Below, piece after piece: positions 29,776-39,058 of a stretch of DNA of 64,000 nucleotides. A program made the translations under genes and the position numbers. Under the pieces are notes generated by a model, which ran no database searches, was not told where the DNA came from, and saw only the letters and a program-made list of their open reading frames with translations. This stretch comes from Bdellovibrionota bacterium (GTDB lineage: Bacteria; Bdellovibrionota; UBA2428): the NCBI GenBank assembly GCA_044347615.1, contig JBIKUK010000001.1:299863-363862 (forward strand), written 5' to 3'. Positions within the stretch are counted from its first letter, which is position 1, and each line of letters starts with the position of its first letter.

Positions 29776-31524
29776 TTATCTCCTCAGCCTAAATTTACGT
29801 TTTAAGCTTTCTGTTCCCGCTCCGGGAGTTTGAATAGTTGTGGGCGTGACAAAGATAATCATTTGATTTTTTGTGTCTTGAAGTTCATGATTTTTTGAAA
29901 ATTTAAAAAGAGAAATATCATTTGTTGTGGAATTTGGAGGATCTCTTCCTAGTGATACTTGTCTTCGCTCCGAGATAAGGCCTCCTATAGCGGCGCTTTC
30001 TTCATTTGAAACAACAAGTTGAGTTTTGATAGCATACTCTAGGCTACCTGGGGGGGCGTCGGGGGCGGGTTTGTCTTGAATTTCTGCTTGAGTAGCGTTG
30101 ATACTGATTAGAATTTTATCTGTCGTTCTAATGGAGACTGCGGCAAGAGATATATTTGTTTTAATATCTGCAAAAGCCCATGAAGGAGGATTGTTTGCGT
30201 TTCCTGGAATAAAATAGGGAACTTTTAAAACTTCAGCAATTGTAGATTCAGGACCTGGGTTACCGTCTGCTCCATCTTTCACGATAAGCGTCGCAGATTT
30301 TAAAACTCGAGCGTGACCATTTCTGGAGAGTGTTTCAAGAGTGGGAAAGAAACCGCTTAACGTCGCTTGAAACGAGCCAATAAATTTACTGATATCACTG
30401 GAGTAGCTGTAACTTGAATTTGTTGTAATACCTGGGGCCCATTTAAAATTGAAGGCTTTTATGTAGTTACGTACCAGACTGACAAAGTCTACTCGAATGC
30501 TCAAGTCTTTTTCAGGTTCTCCAGCTTGAGCGGGTCTTATACGAACACGAAGCATACACTCGGGCAGGTCTTTAAAGATAGATTCTTTTACGAGTTTGGA
30601 TTCAAGCTTGAATTGATCTTGAATCATAGCTTGGCAAGTTTGAACTGCTACGTCGCGTTCAATTTTTTTATCGACAGCACCTTCCAAAATAAATCGACCA
30701 TTTAGGACTCGAACATAAATATTTGTAGGTTTATCTCTGCCACCGTTAATTTCATCCTGCATTTTTTCTGCTATGTACTGCAAGGCGAGAGGTGAAACTT
30801 CGGCGAGGAGTTCAATAGGTTTTCCTGCAGTTTTATACCCATCATAAACAGTCATGACACGTCTAAGGTCTTTGGGCACAACAATTTGTCCGTCAATAAC
30901 AATGCGATCGCCAATGAGGCGCATTTCAAGACCTTCAATTTTTCCCATTTTTGCTTTTATTTGCTGTAAGAGAACAATCAGATCTTCGTCTGTGACGGTT
31001 ACACGAAAAACTTTAAAAAGCTTTTTCCCGGGAAGCGCTTTTTTGCTTTCGGGGTCAGTTATTTTGTCGTAGGCAAGTATTTGAGTGGTCATAGTTTGCC
31101 CAGTCGTAACAATAGTTGCCCTTTTGGGGGGAAAGCCAGGTTGAAGCATACTCTCTCTATCAAATTTTACAATTCCAGGAATTGTGATTCCCCAGTAAAC
31201 GTCTTTCACGTCTTTTATTTCTGGAACGTCTTCAAGAGAAATAGTGGTGCCTGTTTTTGCATTTGGATTTTTTTTGTTGAGCCCTATGTAAACTTCTTCA
31301 AAGCCATAAATAGGATTTAGTTGATCTCGATTTTTTAGAATTGTTTCTAAATCTGAATCTGCTATTTCGCCTACGAGTTGGGTTTTAGGAATGGTGCTTT
31401 CATTGGCTACAGAGTTTTCTTGGGTAAAGGATGTCTTTGAAGTAAAAACTAAAAGAAATAAAAAAAAGGTTTTTATTAGTTGATGTTTATTCAAAGACGC
31501 CTCCTCCGGATTCAAGTGGGTCAC
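29776..31524 (-). CDS. Flp pilus secretin (CpaC/RcpA family)
   Basis: 582 aa; C-terminal secretin-type region (AAIGGLISERRQ...MIIFVTPTTI); more likely start is TTG at about 31494 (GGAGG upstream, MNKHQLIKTFFLFLLVF signal peptide) rather than the track GTG at 31524. Confidence 0.8.
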   Translation of the reverse strand: MTHLNPEEASLNKHQLIKTFFLFLLVFTSKTSFTQENSVANESTIPKTQLVGEIADSDLETILKNRDQLNPIYGFEEVYIGLNKKNPNAKTGTTISLEDVPEIKDVKDVYWGITIPGIVKFDRESMLQPGFPPKRATIVTTGQTMTTQILAYDKITDPESKKALPGKKLFKVFRVTVTDEDLIVLLQQIKAKMGKIEGLEMRLIGDRIVIDGQIVVPKDLRRVMTVYDGYKTAGKPIELLAEVSPLALQYIAEKMQDEINGGRDKPTNIYVRVLNGRFILEGAVDKKIERDVAVQTCQAMIQDQFKLESKLVKESIFKDLPECMLRVRIRPAQAGEPEKDLSIRVDFVSLVRNYIKAFNFKWAPGITTNSSYSYSSDISKFIGSFQATLSGFFPTLETLSRNGHARVLKSATLIVKDGADGNPGPESTIAEVLKVPYFIPGNANNPPSWAFADIKTNISLAAVSIRTTDKILISINATQAEIQDKPAPDAPPGSLEYAIKTQLVVSNEESAAIGGLISERRQVSLGRDPPNSTTNDISLFKFSKNHELQDTKNQMIIFVTPTTIQTPGAGTESLKRKFRLRR

Positions 31525-32431
31525 TTGCAGGTTTTCTTACGGGGGCAGCGCCCTCAGCTGTGTTGTTCTTAGCAGCGGCGGCAGCAGCAGCGGCAGCTGC
31601 GGCTTGTCGCGCTTCTTCAATTATTCTTTTTTGCTCTCGATCTCGAGCTTCCGCTCGTTTCGAGTCGGGCCCAAGAACTTCATCAAGAGTTGTTGATCCT
31701 ATGTTTGTTTCGGCGCGATCGATGGGGTTTCTCAGTGTAAGGTAAAGATCGGTGCCTTGGGCGAGTGCGTAAATTAAAATTTGAGATTGTTCTGGCGTTA
31801 CTTCTACGGTGACTGTGTTGAAGTTTTTTTCCCCTCTCGCGCTTACTGCTATTTTTCTTTGATTGAGTGGATCGTTTTCATAACGCGTGGGAATGTTATT
31901 CTGGATAATTTCTCCAGCAGCTAAAATCGTAATATTTTGTAAAAGTGTTTTGAGTTCAGTTTGTTTTGATCCATCTGGGTTTGGGTAGCTAACGCTTCCA
32001 ATAATATCCACATGGTCACCAGGCTTAATAAGTTTAGAGACACCTGTATTATCATTTACAGGAATAGACATGGCTCTTTTTGAAGCAGAAACTTGGACCG
32101 CAAGACCTGTCTCAGCGCTTTTGGGTGAGAGTTTTGTCAAAAGTATTTGCTCACCTTCTTTAATGGGTACAAGAGCTACCATGTCTTTAATATCTTTAAA
32201 GTCGCTAAGGGCTCCTGGCTGAATAAATTTGTCGAACTGACTTTCTTGAGTCACCATCGTTTCATCAAGGACTTGCATTTCATTAATATTTCTTGAGGCA
32301 ATCAAAACGGTTGAAGGCTTGCCAAATTTTTCTTTGCTTTCTTGGTCTTGGCTGTATACGTAAAGACCAACAAGAGCCATGCCTAGTAAAGCAAAAGCAA
32401 AACTTACAAAAAAAGCACGCGACTGGTTCAA
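31487..32431 (-). CDS. Flp pilus assembly protein CpaB/RcpC, with C-terminal poly-Ala tract
   Basis: 314 aa; N-terminal membrane anchor, SAF-like region, position between tadE-like genes and the secretin; poly-Ala run near the C-terminus. Confidence 0.75.
   Translation of the reverse strand: MNQSRAFFVSFAFALLGMALVGLYVYSQDQESKEKFGKPSTVLIASRNINEMQVLDETMVTQESQFDKFIQPGALSDFKDIKDMVALVPIKEGEQILLTKLSPKSAETGLAVQVSASKRAMSIPVNDNTGVSKLIKPGDHVDIIGSVSYPNPDGSKQTELKTLLQNITILAAGEIIQNNIPTRYENDPLNQRKIAVSARGEKNFNTVTVEVTPEQSQILIYALAQGTDLYLTLRNPIDRAETNIGSTTLDEVLGPDSKRAEARDREQKRIIEEARQAAAAAAAAAAAKNNTAEGAAPVRKPASDPLESGGGVFE
31572..31603 (-). repeat. (GCN)n trinucleotide tract encoding 11 consecutive Ala in CpaB
   Basis: gcagcggcggcagcagcagcggcagctgcggc on the plus strand; a GC-rich simple repeat inside an otherwise AT-rich gene. 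Confidence 0.6.
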
Positions 32432-32489
32432 TTTAACTCCTTAAATTGATATCGGTTTTTTCTTTGTTAAATTTGAGTTTTATTTCTTC

Positions 32490-32915
32490 TTACTCACAAG
32501 CATCTATGCTTCCGGGACGTCTAAAAACTGTCATTTTATGAATTCGTTGAAGGCCCATATCAACGCCAAGAATACTTGGTAATTTGAATAAGTTGGGTCC
32601 GTCGGTTGAAAGTTGGGGTGTAGCAGAAAAACATGTTTTAGAATTGTCCACGATAATATTTTGAGATCCAGACATAGGAAATTCATAAAGATTTTGAGCT
32701 CCAGATCTATTTGCTCTAGAGACAAGAGGGCCAGAATTAGAGATTTTTGCAAAAGCTGCGTTGCGGGCTGCTTCTTGAAGAAGCGTCGATTCTCGAAGTC
32801 CTATAAAGAAAACAGTACTTACAATTAGAATGACAATAAATAGCAAGACTGCTGGGAGAAACTCAATCATGGCCTGGCCTTTATTGTTTTTGAAACGACT
32901 AATTTTTTTTAACAT
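32490..32915 (-). CDS. TadE/TadG-like pseudopilin
   Basis: 141 aa; N-terminal GQAMIEFLPAVLLFIVIL motif (G-x4-E-F/Y prepilin-like processing site plus hydrophobic helix). Confidence 0.65.
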   Translation of the reverse strand: MLKKISRFKNNKGQAMIEFLPAVLLFIVILIVSTVFFIGLRESTLLQEAARNAAFAKISNSGPLVSRANRSGAQNLYEFPMSGSQNIIVDNSKTCFSATPQLSTDGPNLFKLPSILGVDMGLQRIHKMTVFRRPGSIDACE

Positions 32916-33481
32916 CCATTATCCTCCATGCCTTCCCAGCTATGAAGTGAGTTTCCGCCTCTGAAAAATTTAGAAAAAAATTCTTGAAAAAAAACTTGGC
33001 ATTCTTTTTTAGTTGGCTCACGTCCAAGATTACTTTGAGTAGAAAGATTGAGCGTACCAAATGTTTTTTTTAAATCTTGACCAAGAGGAACCGTTATCAA
33101 GGGCACTTCAAATTCTAAGCGAAAAGGGGTTCTAACGTTACCCGAATTTACGGAGGGAGTGCTAAAATTAGTAATGGTTGCAAGTTTTCTTTTTGAGGAA
33201 AAACCAAAAGGAGTTGAGCCTGATCCAGGGCTTACGTTTGGAACGTAAATTTTCATGGTTCTCGTTGCAGCCTCAAGCTGGGAATTGGGATCGTCCCGGC
33301 TTGCTTGATAAGCACGAGCCGACATAAAAGTTGCGTAACTTAAATATTGGTAAACTGCAAAAGAAACAACAGCATTGTAACTTAAAGAAAGAAAAAAAAT
33401 AAAAGCAATAAAAACAAATATGAATTCGACTGTGCCTTGTCCCTCTTTTTTATGAAATTTAACTTTCATAATTTTTTTCAT
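32909..33481 (-). CDS. TadE/TadF-like pseudopilin
   Basis: 190 aa; N-terminal GQGTVEFIFVFIAFIFFL motif; start overlaps the flp1 stop. Confidence 0.65.
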   Translation of the reverse strand: MKKIMKVKFHKKEGQGTVEFIFVFIAFIFFLSLSYNAVVSFAVYQYLSYATFMSARAYQASRDDPNSQLEAATRTMKIYVPNVSPGSGSTPFGFSSKRKLATITNFSTPSVNSGNVRTPFRLEFEVPLITVPLGQDLKKTFGTLNLSTQSNLGREPTKKECQVFFQEFFSKFFRGGNSLHSWEGMEDNGC

Positions 33482-33696
33482 TTAGTTTTGAACTCCATCT
33501 TGTTGTAGTAGGCCTCTGCGGGTTTTCCAGCGGTGGCGGAATCTTTTTCGACCTTGTCTTTGAAGGTTTCAAGGGGTTTTTTCATCTTTTGTTTAAGAAG
33601 TGTGTATGCGACAAGTGCCATTCCAACAATGGCTGCAATGACAAGTATATATTCCACAACAACTTGTCCTTTGCGGAGATTTTTTTTCTTTTTCAT
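33478..33696 (-). CDS. flp: Flp-family type IVb pilin (copy 1)
   Basis: 72 aa; KG-QVVVEYILVIAAIVGMALVA: Flp prepilin motif G/xxxxEY followed by a hydrophobic helix. Confidence 0.75.
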   Translation of the reverse strand: MKKKKNLRKGQVVVEYILVIAAIVGMALVAYTLLKQKMKKPLETFKDKVEKDSATAGKPAEAYYNKMEFKTK

Positions 33697-33714
33697 AAAA
33701 TAAAATTTAGTCGC

Positions 33715-33897
33715 TTATTTGCACTCACTGTTTTTATTATTAGAAGAAATACAATCAGTTGTTTTTGTTTTTAACCTACTCATGGAATCTCGAAAAACAT
33801 CATTAACTATGAATTTTACAACAACCACAGTTGTTACCGCTACCAGTAAAGATAGAAGTATGTATTCGACAAGCACTTGACCGTTTTTAAATTTCAT
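33715..33897 (-). CDS. flp: Flp-family type IVb pilin (copy 2)
   Basis: 60 aa; NG-QVLVEYILLSLLVAVTTVVV. Confidence 0.7.
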   Translation of the reverse strand: MKFKNGQVLVEYILLSLLVAVTTVVVVKFIVNDVFRDSMSRLKTKTTDCISSNNKNSECK

Positions 33898-33929
33898 AGC
33901 TCACATCCTATTTAGCTAAGATTTTAGTT

Positions 33930-34109
33930 TATTTGTCTGAGGAAAGCGTGCCTACACTACCATCAACACTTTTGAAGACGCTATCAACAGTTCCGCCGAT
34001 TTTACCTTTTATCGTTTTACCGAAAATCATGACGAAGCCAACCATGACAGCGAGGATGAGAATCCACTCTAATGTACCTTGACCGCTTTTTTTTGAGTTG
34101 TTTTTCATT
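33930..34109 (-). CDS. Flp-like pilin (copy 3), 59 aa, not in the ORF track
   Basis: Own translation: MKNNSKKSGQGTLEWILILAVMVGFVMIFGKTIKGKIGGTVDSVFKSVDGSVGTLSSDK; AGGAG 7 nt upstream of the ATG at 34109; G-x4-E-W variant of the Flp motif. Confidence 0.6.
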
Positions 34110-34177
34110 TTTTTCTCCTTGAATTTCTTTTCGGGCGACTGAATAAAAAGCTTCGTTAATTTTGTATTAATTTTGTG

Positions 34178-34942
34178 TTAAGAAGCACGTTTTTGAATAG
34201 TTTTTGACTTTTTAGTGATTTCGGTTTCAGAGGATGTGCTTTCAGAAAAGTTTTCACCTACAAATACAACTTTAAATGTATTGATCCAAATTTTTAAATC
34301 AAGTGATAGGGAGAGGTCTCGGACGTATTTACAATCTAGGGTTGCTTTTTCATCTGGATCATTAAGATTTGTTTTTAAAGCTTGCCAATATCCAGACATT
34401 CCAGGGCGTACAGCAAATCTTTCAACATGGGATTCGGTCATGTGAAGGTTTTCTTCAATAATGTAAGGCCTTGGTCCCAAGAGAAGCATGTCTCCTTTAA
34501 CAACATTTATTAGCTGAGGAATTTCATCAATTTTCCATTTTCTAAGAAAACGACCAAGTTCTCCTTCGACTCTTGGATCATTTTCTATTTTTTTTAGAGG
34601 GGTAAATCCCATTTCTATAACTTTAGGAGATCCGGTTTTTAAAGTTCTAAATTTATAAACATAAAAAATGGTTCCATTTTTTCCAACTCGTTTTTGCTTA
34701 TGGAATACTTTACCGCCTTTGAGTGTTTTTATAAGAATTGCGATCATCCCCAAGAATGGACTTAGTAAGGTTAGTAAAAGGGTTGCGAGAAGTGTTTCAA
34801 GGATAATTTTGAATTTGTAATAAATTGGAAGTTTTTTTTGAATTGAGAATATTTTATTTTGAAATTTTATAAAATCTGAAATTGGTAGGGCAGGCACTAC
34901 TTTTTTTTCATTATCTCTTAAGAAATTGGTTTCATGGGTCAC
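34178..34942 (-). CDS. bacterial sugar transferase (polyprenyl-phosphate hexose-1-phosphate transferase, WbaP/ExoY-like)
   Basis: 254 aa; TM helix then KFRTLKTGSP...DEIPQLINVVKGDMLLLGPRP motif typical of the bacterial sugar transferase family. Confidence 0.8.
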   Translation of the reverse strand: MTHETNFLRDNEKKVVPALPISDFIKFQNKIFSIQKKLPIYYKFKIILETLLATLLLTLLSPFLGMIAILIKTLKGGKVFHKQKRVGKNGTIFYVYKFRTLKTGSPKVIEMGFTPLKKIENDPRVEGELGRFLRKWKIDEIPQLINVVKGDMLLLGPRPYIIEENLHMTESHVERFAVRPGMSGYWQALKTNLNDPDEKATLDCKYVRDLSLSLDLKIWINTFKVVFVGENFSESTSSETEITKKSKTIQKRAS

Positions 34943-35004
34943 TCTGATACTATCGGACTAGACCTAAGTTGTTTGATTAAAAAAATATAAATTTTAATTT
35001 AATT

Positions 35005-35568
35005 TTATCTTCTCTGGTGAAAGTCCGGTTTTTTTTTGTCATGACTAAGGGCAAAAAATTTCTGTTCGTAGGGAGTGTGTAAAATGACGGTCGGTGAGAT
35101 GAAATGAGTAGATTTGAATTCAGTTTTTAAATTGAATGAAACAATGACAAGATTTTGTTCATTTTTTATTTCTAAACTTGAAACTTGAATAGGCGCCTTT
35201 AAAGAGCTTTGTTCTCTGTACTTTTTAAAGCTCATCAAATCGTACTTTCCTTCAAGTGAAACGTTTACCTCAAAGTATTGTTCTGAGTTTTCGTCAAAAA
35301 AGAAGCACTCAAAGCAAGTTCTTTTCCATAAATCCGAAGCCTTTTCTAAATCTGTAATTTTTTTTGGCATGAAAAGCTTTTGGTCAACATTTTTTTGACT
35401 AAGGATAAAGGATAGAGTCATCTCTTGATTTTCGGAGTTAGCGTTCAACTGTTCAATTATAACTTCAATAAATTTAGGGTCTTCATCTTTAAAGTTTATG
35501 AGTTTAAGAGAGCGTTTCATCTTGACTCTTTTATTCAAGCTGTCAAAAGATAGAAGTGCAATATCCAT
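35005..35568 (-). CDS. hypothetical protein
   Basis: 187-aa ORF; no recognisable motif. Confidence 0.4.
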   Translation of the reverse strand: MDIALLSFDSLNKRVKMKRSLKLINFKDEDPKFIEVIIEQLNANSENQEMTLSFILSQKNVDQKLFMPKKITDLEKASDLWKRTCFECFFFDENSEQYFEVNVSLEGKYDLMSFKKYREQSSLKAPIQVSSLEIKNEQNLVIVSFNLKTEFKSTHFISPTVILHTPYEQKFFALSHDKKKPDFHQRR

Positions 35569-36749
35569 TTGATCCTATTTCTTTGTCAGTTCTTGGGAAG
35601 TTGAGTGAGTATTCATCTTTTCAAAACGCATCTTTTTTTGAATCATTGGGAATTCCGCTTTTGGCTGAAGACGAACAAATAGAGTTTTTTTATAAGCGAG
35701 TTTTATACGTTCTTTCTTTTGTTCCTCAACCGCAGCTTGTGTTTTTATTTGTTAACGAAAAAGAAGATTCTTCTTTGCAAGTAAAAGAATCTAACAAAAG
35801 GGTCTTAGATTTTTTTTCTTTTGAAAAGCACGAAGTCCTAAAGGTTTGTTCTCATGAAAATCACCTGATTGTGATTATAAATGGCACTTTAAGTGAATGG
35901 ACATTAAAAAACAAAGAAGGTGTTGGGCGGGCCCGTCGTATACTTGGTGATATAACTTTATATTTGTATAAGCAGAAAAAGTTAAACACAGCTTTGCATC
36001 GACAAATTGATGCAGATGTTCGATTGCCCCTGGATTATTTTAAAACCCAACTCAATCAGCCTTTTGTGGCGGGGACTTATCCTTTTTTTCATTCAAGGGG
36101 GGCATTGAGTGAATATGAATTTAGGGGCCTTCAGGAATATGAGGGTTTTTTGCGGTCTTATGTGGAGGGTTTAAAATTTGCCGATTCTCCGTATGCGTTT
36201 TGGGCTCTGGGAAGTACGCTTATTTTTGATTTAAGGGCGTATGAGAAAATTCGAGGATTCCCGAACGTTCAGGCTGGAGAAGATTTTTATTTTCTAAGCA
36301 AGATACAAAGTCAGGGATTGGTCACTCAGATTGATGAAATTTCCTGCCATGCAGAGCTTGATATAAAACTTGAAATTGTAGGTAGAAAATCAACGAGAGT
36401 TCCCTTTGGTACTGGTCGTGCTTTAGAGCGATTAGAAAACGGCGGCAGATATGAAAAATATCCTCACGAAGTTTTTGAGAAACTTAAAAATGTTTTATAT
36501 GAGCTTGAGAGGCTTTCAGAACACAGAAATGTTGAAGAGTTTTTTTTACAAATTCCCGCTCATGACCATTTAAACTTGAAAGAATTAAAAAAATCTTTTA
36601 CTGGAATTTTTAAACAAAAAGCAACTTCTCGTCATTACTTGCGTCAGCTTCACCAAACTTTCGACGGCCTTCAAACTTTTCGATGGGTCAGAGAAAAAAC
36701 TTATTTTCAAAGTTTAGCTGAAAAGTCTTTAGCAAACTCAAGTGCATAA
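35556..36749 (+). CDS. hypothetical protein
   Basis: 397-aa ORF with GTG start overlapping the divergent neighbour; no confident family assignment. Confidence 0.45.
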   Translation: MQYPFDPISLSVLGKLSEYSSFQNASFFESLGIPLLAEDEQIEFFYKRVLYVLSFVPQPQLVFLFVNEKEDSSLQVKESNKRVLDFFSFEKHEVLKVCSHENHLIVIINGTLSEWTLKNKEGVGRARRILGDITLYLYKQKKLNTALHRQIDADVRLPLDYFKTQLNQPFVAGTYPFFHSRGALSEYEFRGLQEYEGFLRSYVEGLKFADSPYAFWALGSTLIFDLRAYEKIRGFPNVQAGEDFYFLSKIQSQGLVTQIDEISCHAELDIKLEIVGRKSTRVPFGTGRALERLENGGRYEKYPHEVFEKLKNVLYELERLSEHRNVEEFFLQIPAHDHLNLKELKKSFTGIFKQKATSRHYLRQLHQTFDGLQTFRWVREKTYFQSLAEKSLANSSA

Positions 36750-37684
36750 TAACTGAGAATGATATCAGCGCCTGCTCTTTTGATTGCGAGCAGAGCTTCT
36801 TTCATCGCTTCTTTTTCGTTAAGTAAATTTTGAGCTCCTGCGAGCTTGATCATTGCGTACTCACCGCTGACTTGATAAGCCGCAACAGGGACTGAGGAGT
36901 TATCCTTAAAAAGACGAATGATATCCAAGTAGGATCCAGCAGGTTTCACCATCACCATGTCGGCTCCTTCAGCTACGTCCAGACTAAGTTCACGCAAAGC
37001 CTCGCGAGTATTACGCGGGTCCATTTGATAAGTTTTTTTATCACCACTTCGGGGGGCGGAATCCAGCGCAGCCCGAAAAGGACCGTAAAAAGCGGAGGCA
37101 TATTTAGCGGTATAAGAAAGGATTCCTACCTCTTGAAATCCTTCAACATCGAGAGCTTTTCGAATAGCTGCGACTCTACCGTCCATCATGTCTGAAGGTG
37201 CAACCATTTGCGCCCCCGCGCGGGCTTGCATGACAGCTTGTTGAGCTAGAATTTTAACACTTTCGTCATTGAGAATTTTTCCATTTTTATAAATTCCATC
37301 GTGACCATCGCTTGAGTAAGGATCAAGCGCCACATCTGTGATGAGAAGAGCTTCAGGAACTTCTTCGCGCAGTCTCTTAAGTGCTGAATACAAAAAAAAC
37401 TTCTCATCGAGTGAGAGGCTTCCTGAAGAGTCTTTTAGGTCTTCGTTTACTTTGGGAAAAATCGCAAAAGCTTTAATTCCTAGACGAAGAGCCTCATTTA
37501 TTTGATCAGCTAGGAGATCCACACTCCAGCGGTAAACGCCGGGAAGTGCAGAAATTGGTTCTTTTTTTTGGAGACCATCCACTAAAAAAACCGGCCAAAT
37601 AAAGTTTTGGGGATGCAAGTGGGTTTCAGAAACAAGGTTTCTGATAGCGGAAGAGGAGCGATTTCTCCGAGGTCGCTGCATCAT
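36707..37684 (-). CDS. hemB: porphobilinogen synthase (delta-aminolevulinic acid dehydratase)
   Basis: 325 aa; characteristic HemB sequence throughout (active-site Lys region MVKPA, metal-site region DVALDPYSSDGHDG). Confidence 0.9.
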   Translation of the reverse strand: MMQRPRRNRSSSAIRNLVSETHLHPQNFIWPVFLVDGLQKKEPISALPGVYRWSVDLLADQINEALRLGIKAFAIFPKVNEDLKDSSGSLSLDEKFFLYSALKRLREEVPEALLITDVALDPYSSDGHDGIYKNGKILNDESVKILAQQAVMQARAGAQMVAPSDMMDGRVAAIRKALDVEGFQEVGILSYTAKYASAFYGPFRAALDSAPRSGDKKTYQMDPRNTREALRELSLDVAEGADMVMVKPAGSYLDIIRLFKDNSSVPVAAYQVSGEYAMIKLAGAQNLLNEKEAMKEALLAIKRAGADIILSYYALEFAKDFSAKL

Positions 37685-37704
37685 GTCATGAATCTATATG
37701 AGTT

Positions 37705-38697
37705 TTGATTTTGAATCTAGCCTTTTTAGTGAACGATAAAAGCTCTGCGACTTGGCCTGTGGGGTGCTATATAAAAAAGACCATGACGGCTAAAAAACGT
37801 AAGCTTCCAGATGTTGCCATTGAAAACAGGGCTCATCTTAAGTCCAAGATCGATCGAGTAGGGATGACTAATATAGAAGTTCCTTTAAGGTTTAAGATCA
37901 ACAAAGAAAGTATTCGATCATCTGCTAAGGCTGCTGCTTTTATAAGTCTTGATGATCCCGATGTGAAGGGCATTCACATGTCGCGTCTTTTTAGTCGAAT
38001 TCAAGATCTTGCTGAAAAAAACTTAACCGCAAAAGATCTAGAAAAAGTTGTTAAATCTTTTCAAGAATCTCATAAGGACATTTCTAAAAGTTCTGAGCTT
38101 CGTTTGAATTTTGAAATTGATTTGCAAAGAAGATCTCTTACCTCAAACATGACGGGGTGGAGAAATTATCCTGTTGAATGTGTTCTTACTTACGAAAAGG
38201 GAGAAGTACATTGGAGGTTAAGTTATCAGATTGTTTATTCCAGCACTTGCCCTTGCTCTGCGGCACTTTCACGTCAGCTTATTCAAGAAAAGTTTTTATC
38301 TGATTTTTCAAAAAGAAGTAGTTTGGAGATTTCTGAGATTGCTGAATGGATATCTAAAGAAGATTCTGTTTGTGCAACTCCTCATAGTCAGCGAAGTTTT
38401 GCTAAAGTAGAAGTAACTTTTAAAAAAAGCCCTCGTGATTTAATTGTATCTTTTTTAGGCTTAATTGAAAAAACAGAGGACAAATTAAAAACTCCTGTGC
38501 AAAGCTTTGTTAAGCGCAGTGATGAGCAAGAGTTTGCTCGCTTGAATGCTGAGAATTTAATGTTTTGTGAGGATGCTGCGAGAAGAATTCATGATTTATT
38601 AGAGAGCTCTAAGGATATTCAGTCTTATAAGGTTGAAGTGGAGCACCAAGAAAGTTTGCATCCACATAATGCGGTGGCTCGGGTCTGGTCAAAGTAA
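37705..38697 (+). CDS. folE2: GTP cyclohydrolase FolE2/MptA-family protein
   Basis: 330-aa track ORF; KLPDVAIENRAHLKSKIDRVGMTNIEVP N-terminal region and a CPCS motif resemble FolE2; true start probably ATG at 37783. Confidence 0.6.
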   Translation: MILNLAFLVNDKSSATWPVGCYIKKTMTAKKRKLPDVAIENRAHLKSKIDRVGMTNIEVPLRFKINKESIRSSAKAAAFISLDDPDVKGIHMSRLFSRIQDLAEKNLTAKDLEKVVKSFQESHKDISKSSELRLNFEIDLQRRSLTSNMTGWRNYPVECVLTYEKGEVHWRLSYQIVYSSTCPCSAALSRQLIQEKFLSDFSKRSSLEISEIAEWISKEDSVCATPHSQRSFAKVEVTFKKSPRDLIVSFLGLIEKTEDKLKTPVQSFVKRSDEQEFARLNAENLMFCEDAARRIHDLLESSKDIQSYKVEVEHQESLHPHNAVARVWSK

Positions 38698-38711
38698 ATT
38701 TAGTTACTTAA

Positions 38712-38975
38712 TCAAGGGGTGCTGGTAAAAAGTTTGCCCTCTATAAATTGTTCGATGTATTCTTCAAGAACATCTTCTCCTACAAGTTGAAGTTCATAAT
38801 CTTCAAATCCAGTGAGAGTTTTGAGTTCTAGAAGTGCATCATTGCTCAAAGGTCGTCGAGCAATAATACAGAGCTTATTTTCACGTATGGCCATGGGGAC
38901 GATTCGGTGTTTACGAAGAATGCTCATAGGGATTACGCCTTGTACGTGGTATTCGAAGTCTAGTGAACTTGCCAT
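38712..38975 (-). CDS. small protein resembling a stand-alone T2SS-E (GspE) N-terminal domain
   Basis: 87 aa; by-eye resemblance to GspE_N-type domains only. Confidence 0.35.
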   Translation of the reverse strand: MASSLDFEYHVQGVIPMSILRKHRIVPMAIRENKLCIIARRPLSNDALLELKTLTGFEDYELQLVGEDVLEEYIEQFIEGKLFTSTP

Positions 38976-39058
38976 GATAAATTCTTCGGCTTCAAAAGAG
39001 AGAGCCTAAGTAAAGACTTCGTGAATTCTTTGCAAAGAAAGTATATTCTATTTGAATT

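Noticed and set aside
34178-34942. Apparent 1-nt frame discrepancy at the sugar transferase start in my manual indexing
   Set aside because: Flanking ORF boundaries (34178 stop, 35556 and 35568 starts) calibrate correctly, so this is most likely my counting error; track coordinates used.
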